Source: Hypanus sabinus (taxonomy: Eukaryota). From it: a stretch of 64,000 bases of DNA. The position numbers were made by a program, and so were the translations under genes. Below, in pieces: positions 25,761-39,624 of the stretch (within the stretch, counting starts at the first letter, position 1; every line of letters starts with the position of its first letter). A model generated the notes under the pieces. It had not been told where the DNA came from and made no database searches. It saw only the letters and a program-made list of their open reading frames with translations. The stretch covers positions 22,320,001-22,384,000 of the forward strand of contig NC_082729.1 of NCBI RefSeq assembly GCF_030144855.1, read 5' to 3'.

Positions 25761-27242
25761 TCAGTGACTTTCTGTAGTCACTGACTACATGACTACAAAT
25801 ATAGTCAGTGTAGTCAGCGTAGAATATTGGTGGATGTGAATGGAATTTGCGCGGGGGCAAGTTTTGGACTGCCATCACTCTGCTCAGTACAACTTTTCAG
25901 AAACGCACTGCTCTAATCTGTCGAAGCAGACTCTGGGGATAAGGGAGACTCTGCCTTTTCCATGCAAACCGCCGATAGTTTGATGCCCACTGAGTTTCTC
26001 GCCAGATCAGAAAGCTTCGCGTCAACTAGTCACCCTCGGCTTTCAGTCGCCTGGGATAACAAATTCTGTTACTCTCACCTGGGACACATTCTTCCTAACC
26101 TTTTACCCTAACTTACCCCATGGTGCAGCTAAGAATAATCGGCGCAATCCGTGATCCTGGCCAAAGCTCGGCAGATGGGCGCAAATTACAATTCCTTGCG
26201 ACGATCGCGTTGAAAACTGTGCAGTGCCGGACGCTGAGACTGTCTGCGGCTCGGGGTGGATCATAAAATAACGAAGTGAGCTGAAGGTTGAATCTAGACT
26301 AGGCAGAGGGTGCGGCTGTATCTGAAGCAGAGGAGCGGTTCAGGAAGTGATGCAAACTCCGTAATCATGCATGAACAGTCAGCTCAGTTTGAGGAAATTT
26401 AGTCTATGTAAACAAGAGATAGTAGTAACCACGGTAATTGACAAACTTCAGAGAGGTTCTGCTTTATTTTATGATGCAAGCCTCTTACTGCTTGCTCACA
26501 ATGAGTTAGCTGTTCCTGTGAATACAACTTAACAAGCTTATCTCGACAAAACATGGGAATAACAACGCAAAGGGCTTTTCCATTAAATAAAAAAGTATTT
26601 TCTGTTATTTCCAATTAAGGGCTTATTTAAGAGATAAACTGGGTCAAACAATTTTATTGCTGAAACCTAATGAAATAGAAACTTTAATTCATATAGGAAA
26701 AATTTAAAAAAAACAATTTCTGGAATGGATAATTTGATTCAAAAACAGGCAATTAAACAAGGAATTCATAAGTCAGAACAAAAATGGGAAACTGATTTGA
26801 ATATTAAAATTGATGAAACAAGTTGGTCAAGATTATATCTTGACAGTATGACAAATACAATAAATGTTCGACTAAGATTAGTACAATAAAACATTTACAT
26901 CAATTATATATTACACCACAAAAAATAAATAGATTAAACTCAAATTTATCTGATCAATGTTTTCGATGTAATCAAGAAATTGGTACTTTTTATACTCTGC
27001 TCGGACGTTATAAAATTCAACCTTTTTGGACAAATTTAAGAGTTTTACTGGAATAAATTATTGGAATACAACTTCCACACAATCCAACATTATTTTTACT
27101 AGGCGATATTGAAGGGATAAAATCGAAATCCAAATGGAATAAATGTCAGAAATAATTCAAAAAAATTGCATTAGCCTTAGCCGAAAAGGCTATTGCAGTT
27201 ACTTGGAAATCGGATTCATACTTAAGTAGAGATCGTTGGAAG

Positions 27243-28196
27243 TGTTACGTACCCCGTAACTGGGTGTCTAACCAGCAGAAAAAGAAGAATCCGTTGGAGT
27301 CTAGTGGTACTATATTCAAAAGTGTTTATCAGTAAAATAAACAAATCAATACCAGTAATGCAAATATATAGATAAAGCAAGTTGCAATAATAAATCTAAA
27401 AGTGCCTGAATAATAAGCAATAATAAGCAGCTCTATCGATGTCGAGGGGTAAACGAATTGTCATAGAAAAGTATAAAGTTCAGTTCAGATCTTGCGTGCT
27501 GATGTAGTTATTGTTGTATTGTAATCGTTGGAGAGAGAGACACAGAGAGAAAGCGCGAGAGAGAAGTAACAGCTACAGTCAGGGAAACCTCCCTTTGCTT
27601 TCTTAATCCCTCGTATCTTTGTGGTCATTCCGTTATGACCTCTCCGTCCTTCTGCAAGACCGTTCTTATGTGCTGGACTCGTCACTCTGGCATGAGAGGA
27701 CACACACAAAAGTTCCCACTGACCACGCTTTATCACTGTGAGCTTTACTGACCGATCTCCTTGTTCGGTCTCCGAAGCCCCCACCTTTCTTGTGGGTTCC
27801 AACACTCAATCAGTGTCCACTGGCGTGTCTCCTGGTGCGTCTGAAGGGTATCTCTCCAGACCCGACCTTTATCACTACTCACGGGGTTTCAGCTATCAAT
27901 CAATTTTTGAATGACTGTGTCCATCAAACCAGCCCACTCCTGCTGTCCACTGAGGAATGTTAAAAGCAGAACAGCAGAAGACAAATAACCCTTGCAGAAG
28001 ACATAACAGTAAATCAACAGACTCTCGCTCTTCTCTTATCAGTAGCAGATGTTCCTGTATGTTTTCCATCTCAAATCTCTCTCTCTCTCATGAGCAGCAG
28101 AGCAACAGCAATGGTTTGTGATTCTCAAGACGGGGGGGGGGATTATGGGCAACTCTGCACCCTGTTTTCCATCAGAACTGTACATCCTTCATAACA
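27243..28196 (-). repeat. 3' LTR of the non-autonomous element
   Basis: TGTTACG...ATAACA; purine tract on minus strand adjacent at ~28197; direct repeat of 31388-32342. Confidence 0.92.
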
Positions 28197-31100
28197 CCCC
28201 CATCATTCTGGGAATTTTCACCAAGCTGAAAATTAGTAAAGCATATGACTGAATTACAGCATTTAACAAAATACAGAAGTTGTCTTAACTACAAGGATAA
28301 TACAGATACACATGAAAATTAACATATAGATAAACAGTCAGCAATTACATTGTCACTCACCTTTATATGTTGTATTTTAATATCGAATTCCTGTAGCAAC
28401 AGACTTCAACTTAGTAACCTCCTATTTTTATTTTTCATGCAAGCCAAAAATACCAAGGGTTTGTGATTTTAGCTTAGGTGTATGTTACAAAGCGTGAACC
28501 AATACATGTGTGATTATATTGTGCTACATTATAAAAGTTTGTGCAAATACTACTCTCTATTTTACTTTTAAACTTAACATTCAAACAGTCAATTTTTCAT
28601 GGAGTTTTTTTTATCTTTCACATGCTTTGTCAAATTCCCTCAAAACCAGATCCTGTTATTCAAAGTGGCATTTGGTCAACCTTTTTCCCTTTTCCACTTA
28701 ACTCTCACATGGTTAGCTTGATCACCAGTGTGGAATAGGCCTTCACCGACTCCTTTCAACAGTTATCTTATCACCAATGTTTTCCAAACTAAGCCCATTT
28801 GATGAACTTCCACACAATTCGTTAATTTTAAGCAAGTCATTAACTTTATCTTCTGATCTTTCATTCTATTTGTTTTCAGTTTAACAGTGGCAGATGAACC
28901 CTCTTGGTCAAAACAACATTTCAAGTTCTGCCTCTCCAAATCACATACTTCAACAACATCACCAAGTTGTTTATCTTTAAATTTCGAAACGAACTGTAAT
29001 TGATACACAGACAACTTGTTAACAAGCCATCGTTCAGTTAACGGTCCCTTCCCTTTTGTCAATCCTTCTAAAACCAATTCAGACTTTAAAGTTTCTTTCT
29101 TCAAAAGTTTAGAAACAATACTTTTCCCTTCTCCTTCAATAATATTCACATCACCAGCTTTCATCTCATCTTTAACTTTTAAATGGCCATCTAACACAAC
29201 CAACTGAGAATTCTCCCTACCACTGGTACCAAGGTTAACCCTTTCTTCACTGAATCAAGTCCATCTGACCCAAAAGAACCGCATTCCTTTTCAACTAAAT
29301 CAGATACCTCAGACATTTCCTGAGTTTCAATACCAGCTTCAGTACCCTGTGACTCCACAGGTACTTCGACAGCCTGAACACAAGCAAATGGGACATCTAC
29401 CTCTTCCAGGCTTTCAATACTAGTCCCCTTTTCAAATTCTAAGTTCCCCTGATCCACCCAGTTACTCTCTGGGCAAACCCCTCGGAGTAAACGCAACCCT
29501 GCGGGTTAAAACAACCTTGTCTGCTAACCTAGCAGACTCCCTCAAGGTAGTGGCATCCTTTTCATCTCGGACAGCCCTTACATCCTTATCGCGAACACAT
29601 TCACATTCTTCAACTGCAATCTGCTCTGTCAAGCCAGACAGATCATCCGTGCCCAACCCGGGACCTTCTAACTGCCATATCTGTTTCTCATCTTTATTCT
29701 GTGCCTCTATAAACTCCGTTTTACCACCCTCTAACCCCTCTTGGTACAGGGTCGGTAAAAAAGTCTCCGCCAAATCAACACTAGACTAATTTACACTGGC
29801 TCCTTTCTCAGCCAACTTTTCAGACATGCTGCGAGTTATTGCGCAAAGGAGATAAATCTTGGAATCTATGGGCGGGTCCTCAGTACTTCCAGGCTTGCTT
29901 GTAAGTTTCACTACTGAATACACATCCCAGGTATCTCTCCAGATCCACTGGAACTGTGGTTTCTCCTTCCTTCACAGACACCGTCCCTTTCGAGATAAAC
30001 TTCTCACGTCCCTCCTGGGCAATATCTACCTTTGCCTTCCTAATCGATCTGCTGACCGCCAGAATACAACCTGTAGGGACTGCGGTTTTCCCTTTTCCTG
30101 TCTCCTTCTTCGGAGCAAAACACTTAGATGCTATATGAACAACTTTCCCACAATTGTAACAGGTACAGCTCGGATACTTCCTGCCAGCCTACTTTTCCTC
30201 CTCCTTACCTTTACGACCAGCTCGCGGCTCCTTCTCTGCCTTGGACGGTGGGCTTTCTCTACCGCCCTACTGCCTTTTTGGTAATCCTTATTTGAGGAAA
30301 ACTTTGTCTTGTGGGTTAAGGCATACTCGTCTGCTAATTTGGCAGTCGCAGACAGAGTCTCTGTCTCCTTCTCATCCAAGCACCTCTACATACATTCAGG
30401 GATACAACTTTTAAATTGCTCCATCAGTATTAACTGTAACAGTCTATCATAATCTCCTTCGACCCCTTTTGAGGCGCACCAACGCTCACAACACATTTGC
30501 ATCTCACGGGCAAGCTCTCAATACGTGTGGTTCCACGGCTTTCTCAAGTTCCGGAACTTCTGCCGATATGCCTTGTGCACCAACTCGTAACTCCTCCATA
30601 CAGCCCTTTTTACTTCATCATATTCCCTAGACACGTCCATGTACAATGCCGAATAAGCTTGCTGAACGTTACCCCTAAGTACGCTCTGTACCAGAACAGC
30701 CCATTTTCTCTCAGGACAGTTCTGATTCATAGACACCTCCTCAGAATGGAGGAAGAACTTACCGACATTCATCTCCTCGAATGGAGGTACCAACTGGATC
30801 TCCCGACTAATCTTGAACCCCTCATTTGGGTCTTTGGCACAGTGTCTTCCCTGCTGTACAGTTAACTTCTATATTTCCAGCCCAAGCTGCCTCTCTTTCT
30901 CCCTTTCCTCCATCTTCCTTTCAGCTTCTTCCTTCTCCCTTCCAGCCTCTTCTTTCCTCGCTTTCAGCTTCTATCTCCTTCATCCGGATCTCATGTTCCC
31001 TTTTCTCCTTCTCTTCAGCCAACCTTAATTTCTCTATCTTTAACTGAACCTCATACGCGACAGCTATTTTCTCAGGAAATAGGTCCAATACATCAGACGT

Positions 31101-31363
31101 AAAAACATACTCGGATACATAATGCATGTCTATTTCCCTCTGTATATCCAACTTTTTCATCGACGGTTTTACTGCCGAGAGATTTAGTTGTTTCGCACCG
31201 CTCACAAATTCTGCCATCCTGGCACCCTCTAACTCCCCCATAGTCAGCCTTTCTAAAACTCTGTTTATTTCCATCTCTGCTGATTTCCCGTCTGGCTATC
31301 GACACAACCAGGTCAAGTAAGGGACTTTTATCCCGATTCACTGGCCCCCCAATTGATAATCAA

Positions 31364-31384
31364 ATCCCGGAAGACGAGGCCCCA
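31364..31384 (-). promoter_or_regulatory. Primer-binding site, tRNA-Pro-like
   Basis: Minus strand TGGGGCCTCGTCTTCCGGGAT, 3 nt from the 5' LTR; resembles the tRNA-Pro PBS TGGGGGCTCGTCCGGGAT. Confidence 0.7.
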
Positions 31385-31387
31385 ATT

Positions 31388-32342
31388 CGATACGTACCCC
31401 GTAACTGGCTGTCTAACCAATGGAGAAAGAAGAATCCGTTGGAGGCTGGTGGTACTATATTCAAAAGTGTTTATTAGTAAAATAAGCAAATCAATACCAA
31501 TAATGCAAATAAATAGGTAACACAAGTTAGCAATAATAAACCTAAAAGTTTATGAATAATAATAAGCAATAATAAACAAGCTCTATCGATGTCTAGGGGT
31601 AAAGGAATTGTCATAGAAAAGTTTAAAGTTCAGTTCAGTTCAGTTCATGCGTGCGATGTAGTCATTGTTGTTGTATTGTAATCGTTGGAGAGAGAGAGAG
31701 AGGGAGCGAGCGAGATGTAACAGCTACAGTCAGGCAAACCATCTTTTGCTTTCTGAATCCGTCGTATTTTTGTGGTCATTCCGTTATGACCTCTCCGTCC
31801 TTCTGCTAGACCGTTCTTCTGTGGTGGACTCGTCACTCTGGCATGGAGGACACACACAAACGTCCCCACCGGCCCTGCTTTAACACTGTGAGCTTTAAAG
31901 ACCGATCTCCTGGTTCGTTCTCCGAAGCCCCCACTTTACTCGTTGTTTCCAGCTCTCAGTCAGTGTCCACTGCCGTGTCTCCTGTTGCGCCTGAAGGTTG
32001 TCTCCCCAGACCTGACTTTTAACCCTACTCACGGAGTCTCAGTTATCAATCAATTTTTAATGACAGTGCCCATCAAACGAGCCCACAACCTGCTGTCCAC
32101 TGAGGAATGTTAACAGGCAGAACAGTAGAAGACAAATAACCCTTGGAGAAGATATAACAGTAAATCAACAGTCTCTCTCTCCCTCTTAACAGTAGCAGAT
32201 GTTCGTGTATGTTTTCCATCTCAACTCACTCTCTCTCTCTCATGAGCAGCATAGCAACGGTAATGGTTTGTGATTCTAAAAGGGGGGGATTTGGGCAACA
32301 CTGCACCCTATTGTCCATCAGAACTGTTCATCCTTCATAACA
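31388..32342 (-). repeat. 5' LTR of the non-autonomous element
   Basis: Direct repeat of 27243-28196 with scattered substitutions; next to PBS. Confidence 0.92.
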
Positions 32343-32904
32343 GAGGTATGAAATTTTTAGCTGCATTTGACTTGAAAAAAATACTTACAATTTAAGAGAT
32401 ATATATATGAAATATTTCTGAAAATTGGTGCCCTTATTTACAAAAGATAGCATTAAATGTATACGTGCTCCGAAGAAAAAATTATTGGTTATCTAGGGAA
32501 AGAAATACATATAAATATTAAAGCTATTCTGAACACCATGGAGCATGTGGGGAACTTCCGATATCCAGGCATTATTTCTTTCTTTTTACCGCTTTTTTTC
32601 TATAGGGATATGTTAGGGGGTGGGGTTAAGGGGAGTGGGTAAGGATAGATATTTTTTTTCTTTCTGTAATCTTTATAATCAATAATTTATTGAAAATTCA
32701 ATAATTTTTTATTAAAAAAATTAAAAATAAACAAGTTCAGGAAAATGTGATTCGGGTAAACACAAAATATATTAATTTGAATGTTTCATTAAGAGGACAA
32801 CCCCTTGCAAATTTAACGTACGTCAAGAAGTAATAATTTAGTATGTACGCGTATACACTCAGATAAAAGTTGTATTGATTGATTAAATATAACAAATTTA
32901 AAAC

Positions 32905-34360
32905 ACATTGATGAAGGAAGGTTGTATATAGATTTCAGCAAGGCATTTGATAATGTACCCCATGCAAGGCGTACTGAGAAAGTACGGAGGCATGGGATCC
33001 AAGAGGACATTGCCTTGTGGATACCAAACTGGCTTTCCCACGGAAGGAAAAGTGTGGTTGTAGACGGGTCATATTCTGCATGGGGGTCGATGACCAGTGG
33101 TGTGCCTCAGAGTTCTGTTCTGCGACCCTCAAAGTTCTCGACTTTTATAAATGACCTGGATGAAGAAGTGGAGCGACGGGTTGGTAAGTTTTCTGAAGAC
33201 ACAAAGGTTGGGGTGTTGTGCATAGAGTGGAGGGATGTCAGAGTTTACAGCGGGACATTGATAGTATGCAAAACTGGGCAGAGTAGTGGCAAATGGAGTT
33301 CAACTGAATAAGTGTGAAGTGGTTCGTTTTACTAGGTAAAATATGATGGCAGAATATAGTATTAATGGTAAGACTGTTTGCAGTGTAGGGGATCCGCGGT
33401 ATCTTAGCGTCTGAGGCCATATAACGCTCAATGATACTGCTTCGTTTGACTCTGTGGGCGAGCCCCCACAAATATAACACTTGCCCAACAGGCTGGTATG
33501 TGTCTAGGGGAAAAGGAGATCCAGCCACACACCAACCCCACCTCCCGTCCACGCAGCTGCTGCGAGAATCGAGTTTATGCTTCGTGGCCGCCCACAGTAT
33601 CAAACCTACAACAAATACCGTTATGAAATACACTTTAAAGAGTTTATTAAAATTAAAAGAGGATTGGGCAATACAATATATATGCAAGGGAAAAAAAACA
33701 AAAGGCGCCAACTTATCAAAGTATAGTCAGTTTAGTCCACATCGTTGGAGCTCAACCATCGAACCAACCGACCCCTCTTCGCTTGCCACCGACCTCCACG
33801 TCTTCGCACCTAGGACCACCCCCGGTGGTCTTCCGAGCAATGCAGCGCAAGTCCACCTACCTCGGCGTCTTCCTCCCGACTCCCCACCAAAAGCCCGCGA
33901 AAACCCCTCCCCCAATTTCCCAGCCTTGCAAGACAAAATAACATTCCGCATTGATTAACAAATGAATACAATTACCATATCAGCAAGTATAAAGCAAAAC
34001 AACTTCGAGGGAAATACTTATCAGACAAAGAAGCATTCCTACTCCTAACAAACCAAAAAAAAACCATTTTGAGTAACATACACAGGACATTGTACATCAG
34101 TTTTGGTCGCCTCGCTGCAAGAAGGACGTGGAAGCCATAGAAAGGCTGCAAGGAAATTTACAAGGATGTTGCCAGCATTCGGGAGCGTGCCTTATGAAGA
34201 CAGGTTGTCTGAACACCGCTTTTTCTCCTTGGAGCGACGGCGAATGAGAGCTGAGGTGTATAAGATGATGAGAGGCGTTGATCGTGTGGATAGTCAGAGG
34301 CTGATTCCAGGATTGCATGTCTTGTCGTGTAGGAGGAGCGTTTAATGGCTCTAGGTCTAA
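32905..34360 (+). mobile_element. CR1 RT fragments (32905-33452, 34097-34360) interrupted by an LTR-like insert
   Basis: 'YIDFSKAFDNVPH', 'TSGVPQ.SVL.P', 'FINDLDE', 'KFSEDTK', 'WQMEFN..KCEVV', 'QFWSP...KD..AIE.LQ.KFTRMLP'. Confidence 0.85.
33453..34096. mobile_element. Solo-LTR-like insert related to 19273-19867 and 62545-63138
   Basis: TGT...TACA ends, shared 'ttggagctca', 'aaagccc.cgaaaac', 'gcaaga....ataacat' motifs; no clean TSD and part of the host CR1 is missing. Confidence 0.55.
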
Positions 34361-37300
34361 TTTCACTACAACTCAAGTGAGTGACGGCTGACCTTATTGA
34401 ACTCTATCGAAAGTTGAAAGGGGTTGATAGAGAGAATATGGAGAGGATGTTTCATATGTTGGAGTGGACAGCCTGAGAATAGGGAGCGTTCTGTTAGTTG
34501 GAGATTAGGAGGATAGTTCTTTAGTCAGAGAGTGATGAATCGAATGATTGCATTGTTTATTTTTTGTCACAAGCAGCTGCGCAGTCCAAGTCTTTATGCA
34601 TATACAAAGCAGAAATGGACAGATTCCTGATTGGTGAGGAACCTAATGAATATGGGGAGATAGTAGGAGACTGGGGCAGAGAGATAAATTGGATCGTCAT
34701 GGTGAAATGCTGGAGCTGACTTAATTGGATTAATGTTTTTTTTCTGATCCTATTATTTATGCCATATGGCCTTTATCTCTTATTATTCTGCATTGTGATT
34801 GAATTACCTTGTTTCTGTCTCAATGTACTGTATAAAGATTAATCTGAAAGAAAATCGAGGCAGCAGACGCATTTATTTCTTCGGACATGAGTCAATAATA
34901 CATCAGTGCGTCTACCATGCTAATTTTGATGTATGTCAAGGAGTCGACATTAACCTTCGTGACTAAACTCAATAAATACCTGGGTAGAATTTGCAAGGTA
35001 AATTATTTGAGGCTTGCATCAAAATTTACTCTGATTCTATTTTTGATATCATTGAAACTTTCCGAACGGGTATGCAATAATGTGTTTGCAGATTGCTAAT
35101 TGTGATCAACTCATTTGATATTGAATAGATATTACTCAGAAGATGACAGTTATTTCAGTCTCTTTTGGCCGCTGATTTGTAGAACAAAGAGGCAGGGTAG
35201 TTTAAAGACAATGTGGAATTTTAACTATATCACGTCACATATCGTGCAACGCCCCATAGTAACATTGTTTCTATTATAAACCATGCGGTAAGGTAACCAC
35301 TGACAGAAACATGTAGCTCCGCATGCCTTTAACTATCGTAGTACCATTTGAGAAGTCCAAGTAGTTCCAGTTCTCAGCCAACTTGCAAATGAGGACAACA
35401 TATATTTGCTTTTCTGGCTGCGACATACTTCTGAAATCAACATACAGCGTCTGGTGTACAAGGATGCCCATTGTCAGTAGAGCTTCGTTGATTATCCTGC
35501 CTCACGCCACTCGGATAGTAATTATTGTTTATTATTATTGTTTTGGTAGATGAAAACAAAGTTTATAACGTCAAAGGTATTCGTTGACCTACAGCATTCT
35601 CAGGACAGCACTTGCCAGCTTTCCTAACACAAAATGGACATTACCCACACTATACAAGCAAAATACATCAAAGATCCTGTGTTCTGTTGAAGGGGAAACC
35701 ACAGACTCTTGTTTTGGTCCATTACCTATGTCCCAATCACAGTAACAGACAGTTCCTGTCTGTGAAGCAGCTCCAACCGATGCCATTAATTCTCGATAAC
35801 AGGAAAATTGTCAATTGTCTTCCAAGATTAAGAACTCTTTAACTCATCGTTATCTATTGTCGTATTCTCTAATGTACCCCATCGATATGGTACTTATGCC
35901 TTTCTCGATAAATGCCTGATATATTTCACCAATAGCTTCATTGCTGTCTGACTATTCACGTCTTTATTGTGTACAATTGAAGAAGCGCAGGAAAAGCATA
36001 GAACCATACGAGCAATGGAGCCTAACCAAGGTAGCTTGGCAGACGCCGTCGAGTTGGATGATATGTCATTTTCCGCACCTTATAGGTCGGTGGTTCTATA
36101 TTCATAACTAGCCAATTTACATTTCCCACTTATTAGACTACAGGCACTGATATATCATTTTACAAATTCTGGAAGATAAGTAATCATGCCACTGATTTTC
36201 TTTGAGGGTTCGCTGCATTCGCTGCACTTAGAAGGATGACCTAACATAACTTCGTTTCAGTCAACAATATGTCGGATGTGCGGATGTCCACTGATGATCG
36301 ACGTTAGCGATTACATCTCTACTTCCGCAGAAAATCAAACATCCCGTATCTGACTGTTGCAAGACATTCAGTGAAGTTATGAATTTTAACTGGTTGAAAA
36401 TACTGAGCGGAAGTGATTCACCAGCGAAAGTGGTCATCTCGAACAAGAGGTTAACTGAGTATTTGACTTCCAGATTCAACTAAACATATGACTTTGGCTT
36501 TGACATGGAAGTCATTAAGAAGGGCTCGGCTCGAATCGTCGATTGTTGGCTATTGTCTGACCAGCTGATTTCTCCCAGTTGGTCGTGTGTGTTAGTATGT
36601 ATTTCTCGAATCTAAAAAACTTCCTGTGTATATGACAATAAATTGATTTCCATGAATGAAACGCTAAACATTGATAATCGATATGTTTACAAAGACTGGG
36701 AATTTCAAACGAGCAGCCTCATGAATGCTATGATATAGCGGGCGCTGTAATCTTTTTTTTGTGATGTCAGCCACTCATTTCGCTCTTAAAATGAATGCAC
36801 ATGCGGCATAATTTTACACCCTGTTTCGGTTATTGAAAGAAAATCAATGTATTTATAACCGATGCAAGGCGCAGAGGACTTTTTTTTCGCTCATCAACGA
36901 CAATAGGTGCCCAATCTTGCTTCAATGAGATGCCGGCTAAGTTACTCGAGATTGAGAACCACGGATGTGTTGGAGGACATCAAATGCACAGAGACATAAA
37001 TGGAATACATTGGTGAAGGCTCTTTCTCAAATGCTTTGGATCAGTTTATTTTCCGGACTTACTCATTTGTTTACGAATGTTGAAGACGAACGACGGCAAC
37101 AGCTCTGGCCAGCGCCATTTTATGCAGTTGGTATCCCGAGGAAGTTTGGAAAAGGGTGTCATCACAATGATCTACGGTGACATTTTCCCAGTCCAAACGT
37201 TCTCCCATTATCAGACCATCCAAAGCAATTTGAATGTTCCTGCAGGTTTGTCATTTTATACTTGACGACACTGTCACTCAGTAGTTTTATTTTCTCAATA

Positions 37301-37848
37301 AATCCCTACGTCAGTCATTGTTTTAATCCCTGAAACGCAGAAACCTTCAATTTACTTTTTTTTTAAATATGACTGGAGACATTACGTTCATATTCTACAC
37401 GAAAACAACATTTTCAAGTCAAAAGAGGAAATCACAGATACTCAGTAGAAAGAAGACTGTGCTTGAATCCTCAGAATCTAGTTTCCGTTCTTGTTCTGGT
37501 GAAGAACGATGTAAATAAAACATTCAAATGTAAATGTAAATAAAACATTGAAGAACGTATTTCCCTACTGCCCTCCTTTTACTCTCTTACCTTGATGGGT
37601 TCCTACTGCTCTTGTTTACTGCAATTCTTCAGCTTTCTTCTGGTTTCAAGTGAGTAAAGCAATCTTATGCTCACCCAATGCTGATGAGGTCACTGAATTC
37701 CGCAACAACTAAAAGCAAAACTCATTTCATGTTGTTTGGAAAATCATACCAGCCAAAATCTGTGTAAAAAAAGTACAAAGCCAGCGTTGAGAGATATTCA
37801 GTTGATATTACTATGTTTCGTCACTGGGAATGAGTAATTCTAACCTTG

Positions 37849-38410
37849 TGTCAAGGTCCCTTCTAGCAATTCCGCACCTTACTATTTACCGCAGGAAGTG
37901 GGGCTCAATCCCCTCGTTTACTTTCTAATCATTCCCAGGTTCCACTAACTGCACACACCTGCTTTCCATCAGCAAATGCAGTATAAAAACCCTGTGATCA
38001 CAACAAGGAGCTGCCAGTTCGTTGGTCGCCTCCGATCTGTGTAACATTGTTTCATGGTTCTTAGGACTGCAAGTTCTAAGTCTAGCATCGCTCTACCGAT
38101 TCCACACTCGCTACGTCAAGAACGCTTCCTGACTCTGGCTCCACGCCCATGTTCTGTACTTGGGTTCGTCTGCCGATTCGCTTGTATTGGAGAACGAACT
38201 GGCCAGAATGAACCCAGCGGACGCCGATCCCGTACAACAGGCCCTCACCAGGCACGGCTACCTACTGGGCCCCCACTACCAAACTCTTAGGGAGGTCACA
38301 GAAAACCCTCGGGCGCTGTCTATGAATGTACAGAAGGTCAGAGAGCAGGTTGATCCAGTTTCGGCTTCCCTTTCTCTGATCCCTCCAAAAATCTCGACTA
38401 CCCAAACCGT
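37849..38410 (+). mobile_element. Sushi-like Ty3/Gypsy 5' fragment (LTR + PBS-like + gag start)
   Basis: TGTCA start, 'cacacctg' and TATAAAA, then 'gaacgaactggccaga' and ATG 'MNPADADPVQQALTRHGYLLG.HYQTL' resembling fish Gypsy gag N-termini. Confidence 0.65.
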
Positions 38411-39624
38411 ATTCTAGTGCACTCTATACCTGACAATTTTTAATAAATTATGCGGTTGTGTTCTTGATTTCTTAGTAGCCTGGCACTGGTTCGAAGAGAG
38501 CGTAACCATATCCTGTACCTTGCATTATGCAATGATTTGATCTGTATGAATATTCTGCAAGACAATCGTTTCGCTGCAGGTTGATACATGCCAGTAAGAA
38601 ACCAACGAACATTAAAGCTGTCAGACTTTGGTAACGTGTAAGAGTGTAAATTGAATGAAGTACATTTAGTACCTTTCTGGTGCAGACTGATGCATGCGAC
38701 ACATTCTGTCCCTGTCATTATTTAATATTGTGTGAGATTGCAATATTTTTAGTACACCTTCTTATGTACCGGGCACCGTGAGAGCGTGGGGTTTATTCTT
38801 TGACTGTCAGTCTCTGCCAGTGTGTTACAATGTGTGGATTACTATGTATCTGCCCGATCCTGCTACATCGTGAGTTCTTACCCGTCCGTCATTCCTACTT
38901 ACCTGTCCGTCATTCCTACTGGTGGATAGGAAGCCGATAGCACTTCCCCAGTGTCGTCTGAGTTAGGCCACTCATGTTATCCCCAGATGTAGGACATTGC
39001 ATTTGGCCTCTCCCAGGAATGACGTATTTGGAACTTACCTTGGAGTTTCTGCAGCACTTTTTTTTTTAATGGGATGAAATTGCTAATCCCATGCCCAATC
39101 TTGGTTGTTTTGCCTCTGTTCTTGGGCTTATCCGAAGTTCTTCAACACGTTCTATACACAAATACAAGTGAATTTGCAAATCCTGGAATTCCTGAGCGAA
39201 AATCTCAAAGCGTACGAAGAACTTAGCATAGACATCCCTCATAACCTTTCACGCCCTTACTAAACAAAGTCTTATTCTGAAGCTGTGGACCTGGGCTCCT
39301 GCATCGCACGAAACATATCTCCCAGGTGTTCCATATCCTGTCCTTTCAATATTCAATAAGTTTCAGTGAGATTCCAAATCTCACCCACCTCATGCATTGA
39401 ATTTACAGCGAATATATGTCCCGAGCGAGAAAGCGCTATGCTTAATTTGAATATCACACTCGTGAATCTCACCTAAACCCTCCACAATCCCAGCACGGCC
39501 TTTCTTATGTATTGTTTTAAAACTAATGATTACTCAATGGGATATAGAAAATAAGTCTCTTCCTGCAAAAACGAAAAGGTAATCGTCCAAATATTTTAAT
39601 GATCAACATGTTTATAGATTTTAT

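Larger units (their letters stand above)
27243..32342 (-). mobile_element. Non-autonomous Gmr1-like Gypsy LTR element with two LTRs, decayed gag, no RT or integrase
   Basis: Paired ~955-bp LTRs; gag 'VPPFEE..V.KFF', 'KWAVLVQSVLRG', 'YELV..AYRQKFRNLRK', 'DEKE..TL..TAKLADEYALTHK', knuckle 'CYNCGKVVHIASKC'; only the RNase H tail 'NHKPLVFL..KNRRLL..SLLLQEFDI.I.HIK..DNVIADCLS' (~28330-28470) remains of RT-RH; near-TSD gaag/gagg. Confidence 0.92.
26530..32730 (+). mobile_element. L1-clade LINE 3' end (26530-27242 and 32343-32730), split by the LTR element
   Basis: ORF2 C-terminal 'KWE.DL', 'NVRLRLVQ', 'YITPQK', Cys-rich 'DQCFRCNQEIGTF', 'IQPFW', 'A.KAIAVTWK...RW | ..E...C..LEK.TY.LR'; G-rich then A-rich 3' tail at ~32615-32730. 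Confidence 0.8.

Noticed and set aside
33238-33958. 157-175 aa ORFs
   Set aside because: They span CR1 and LTR-like repeat sequence and have no coherent domain
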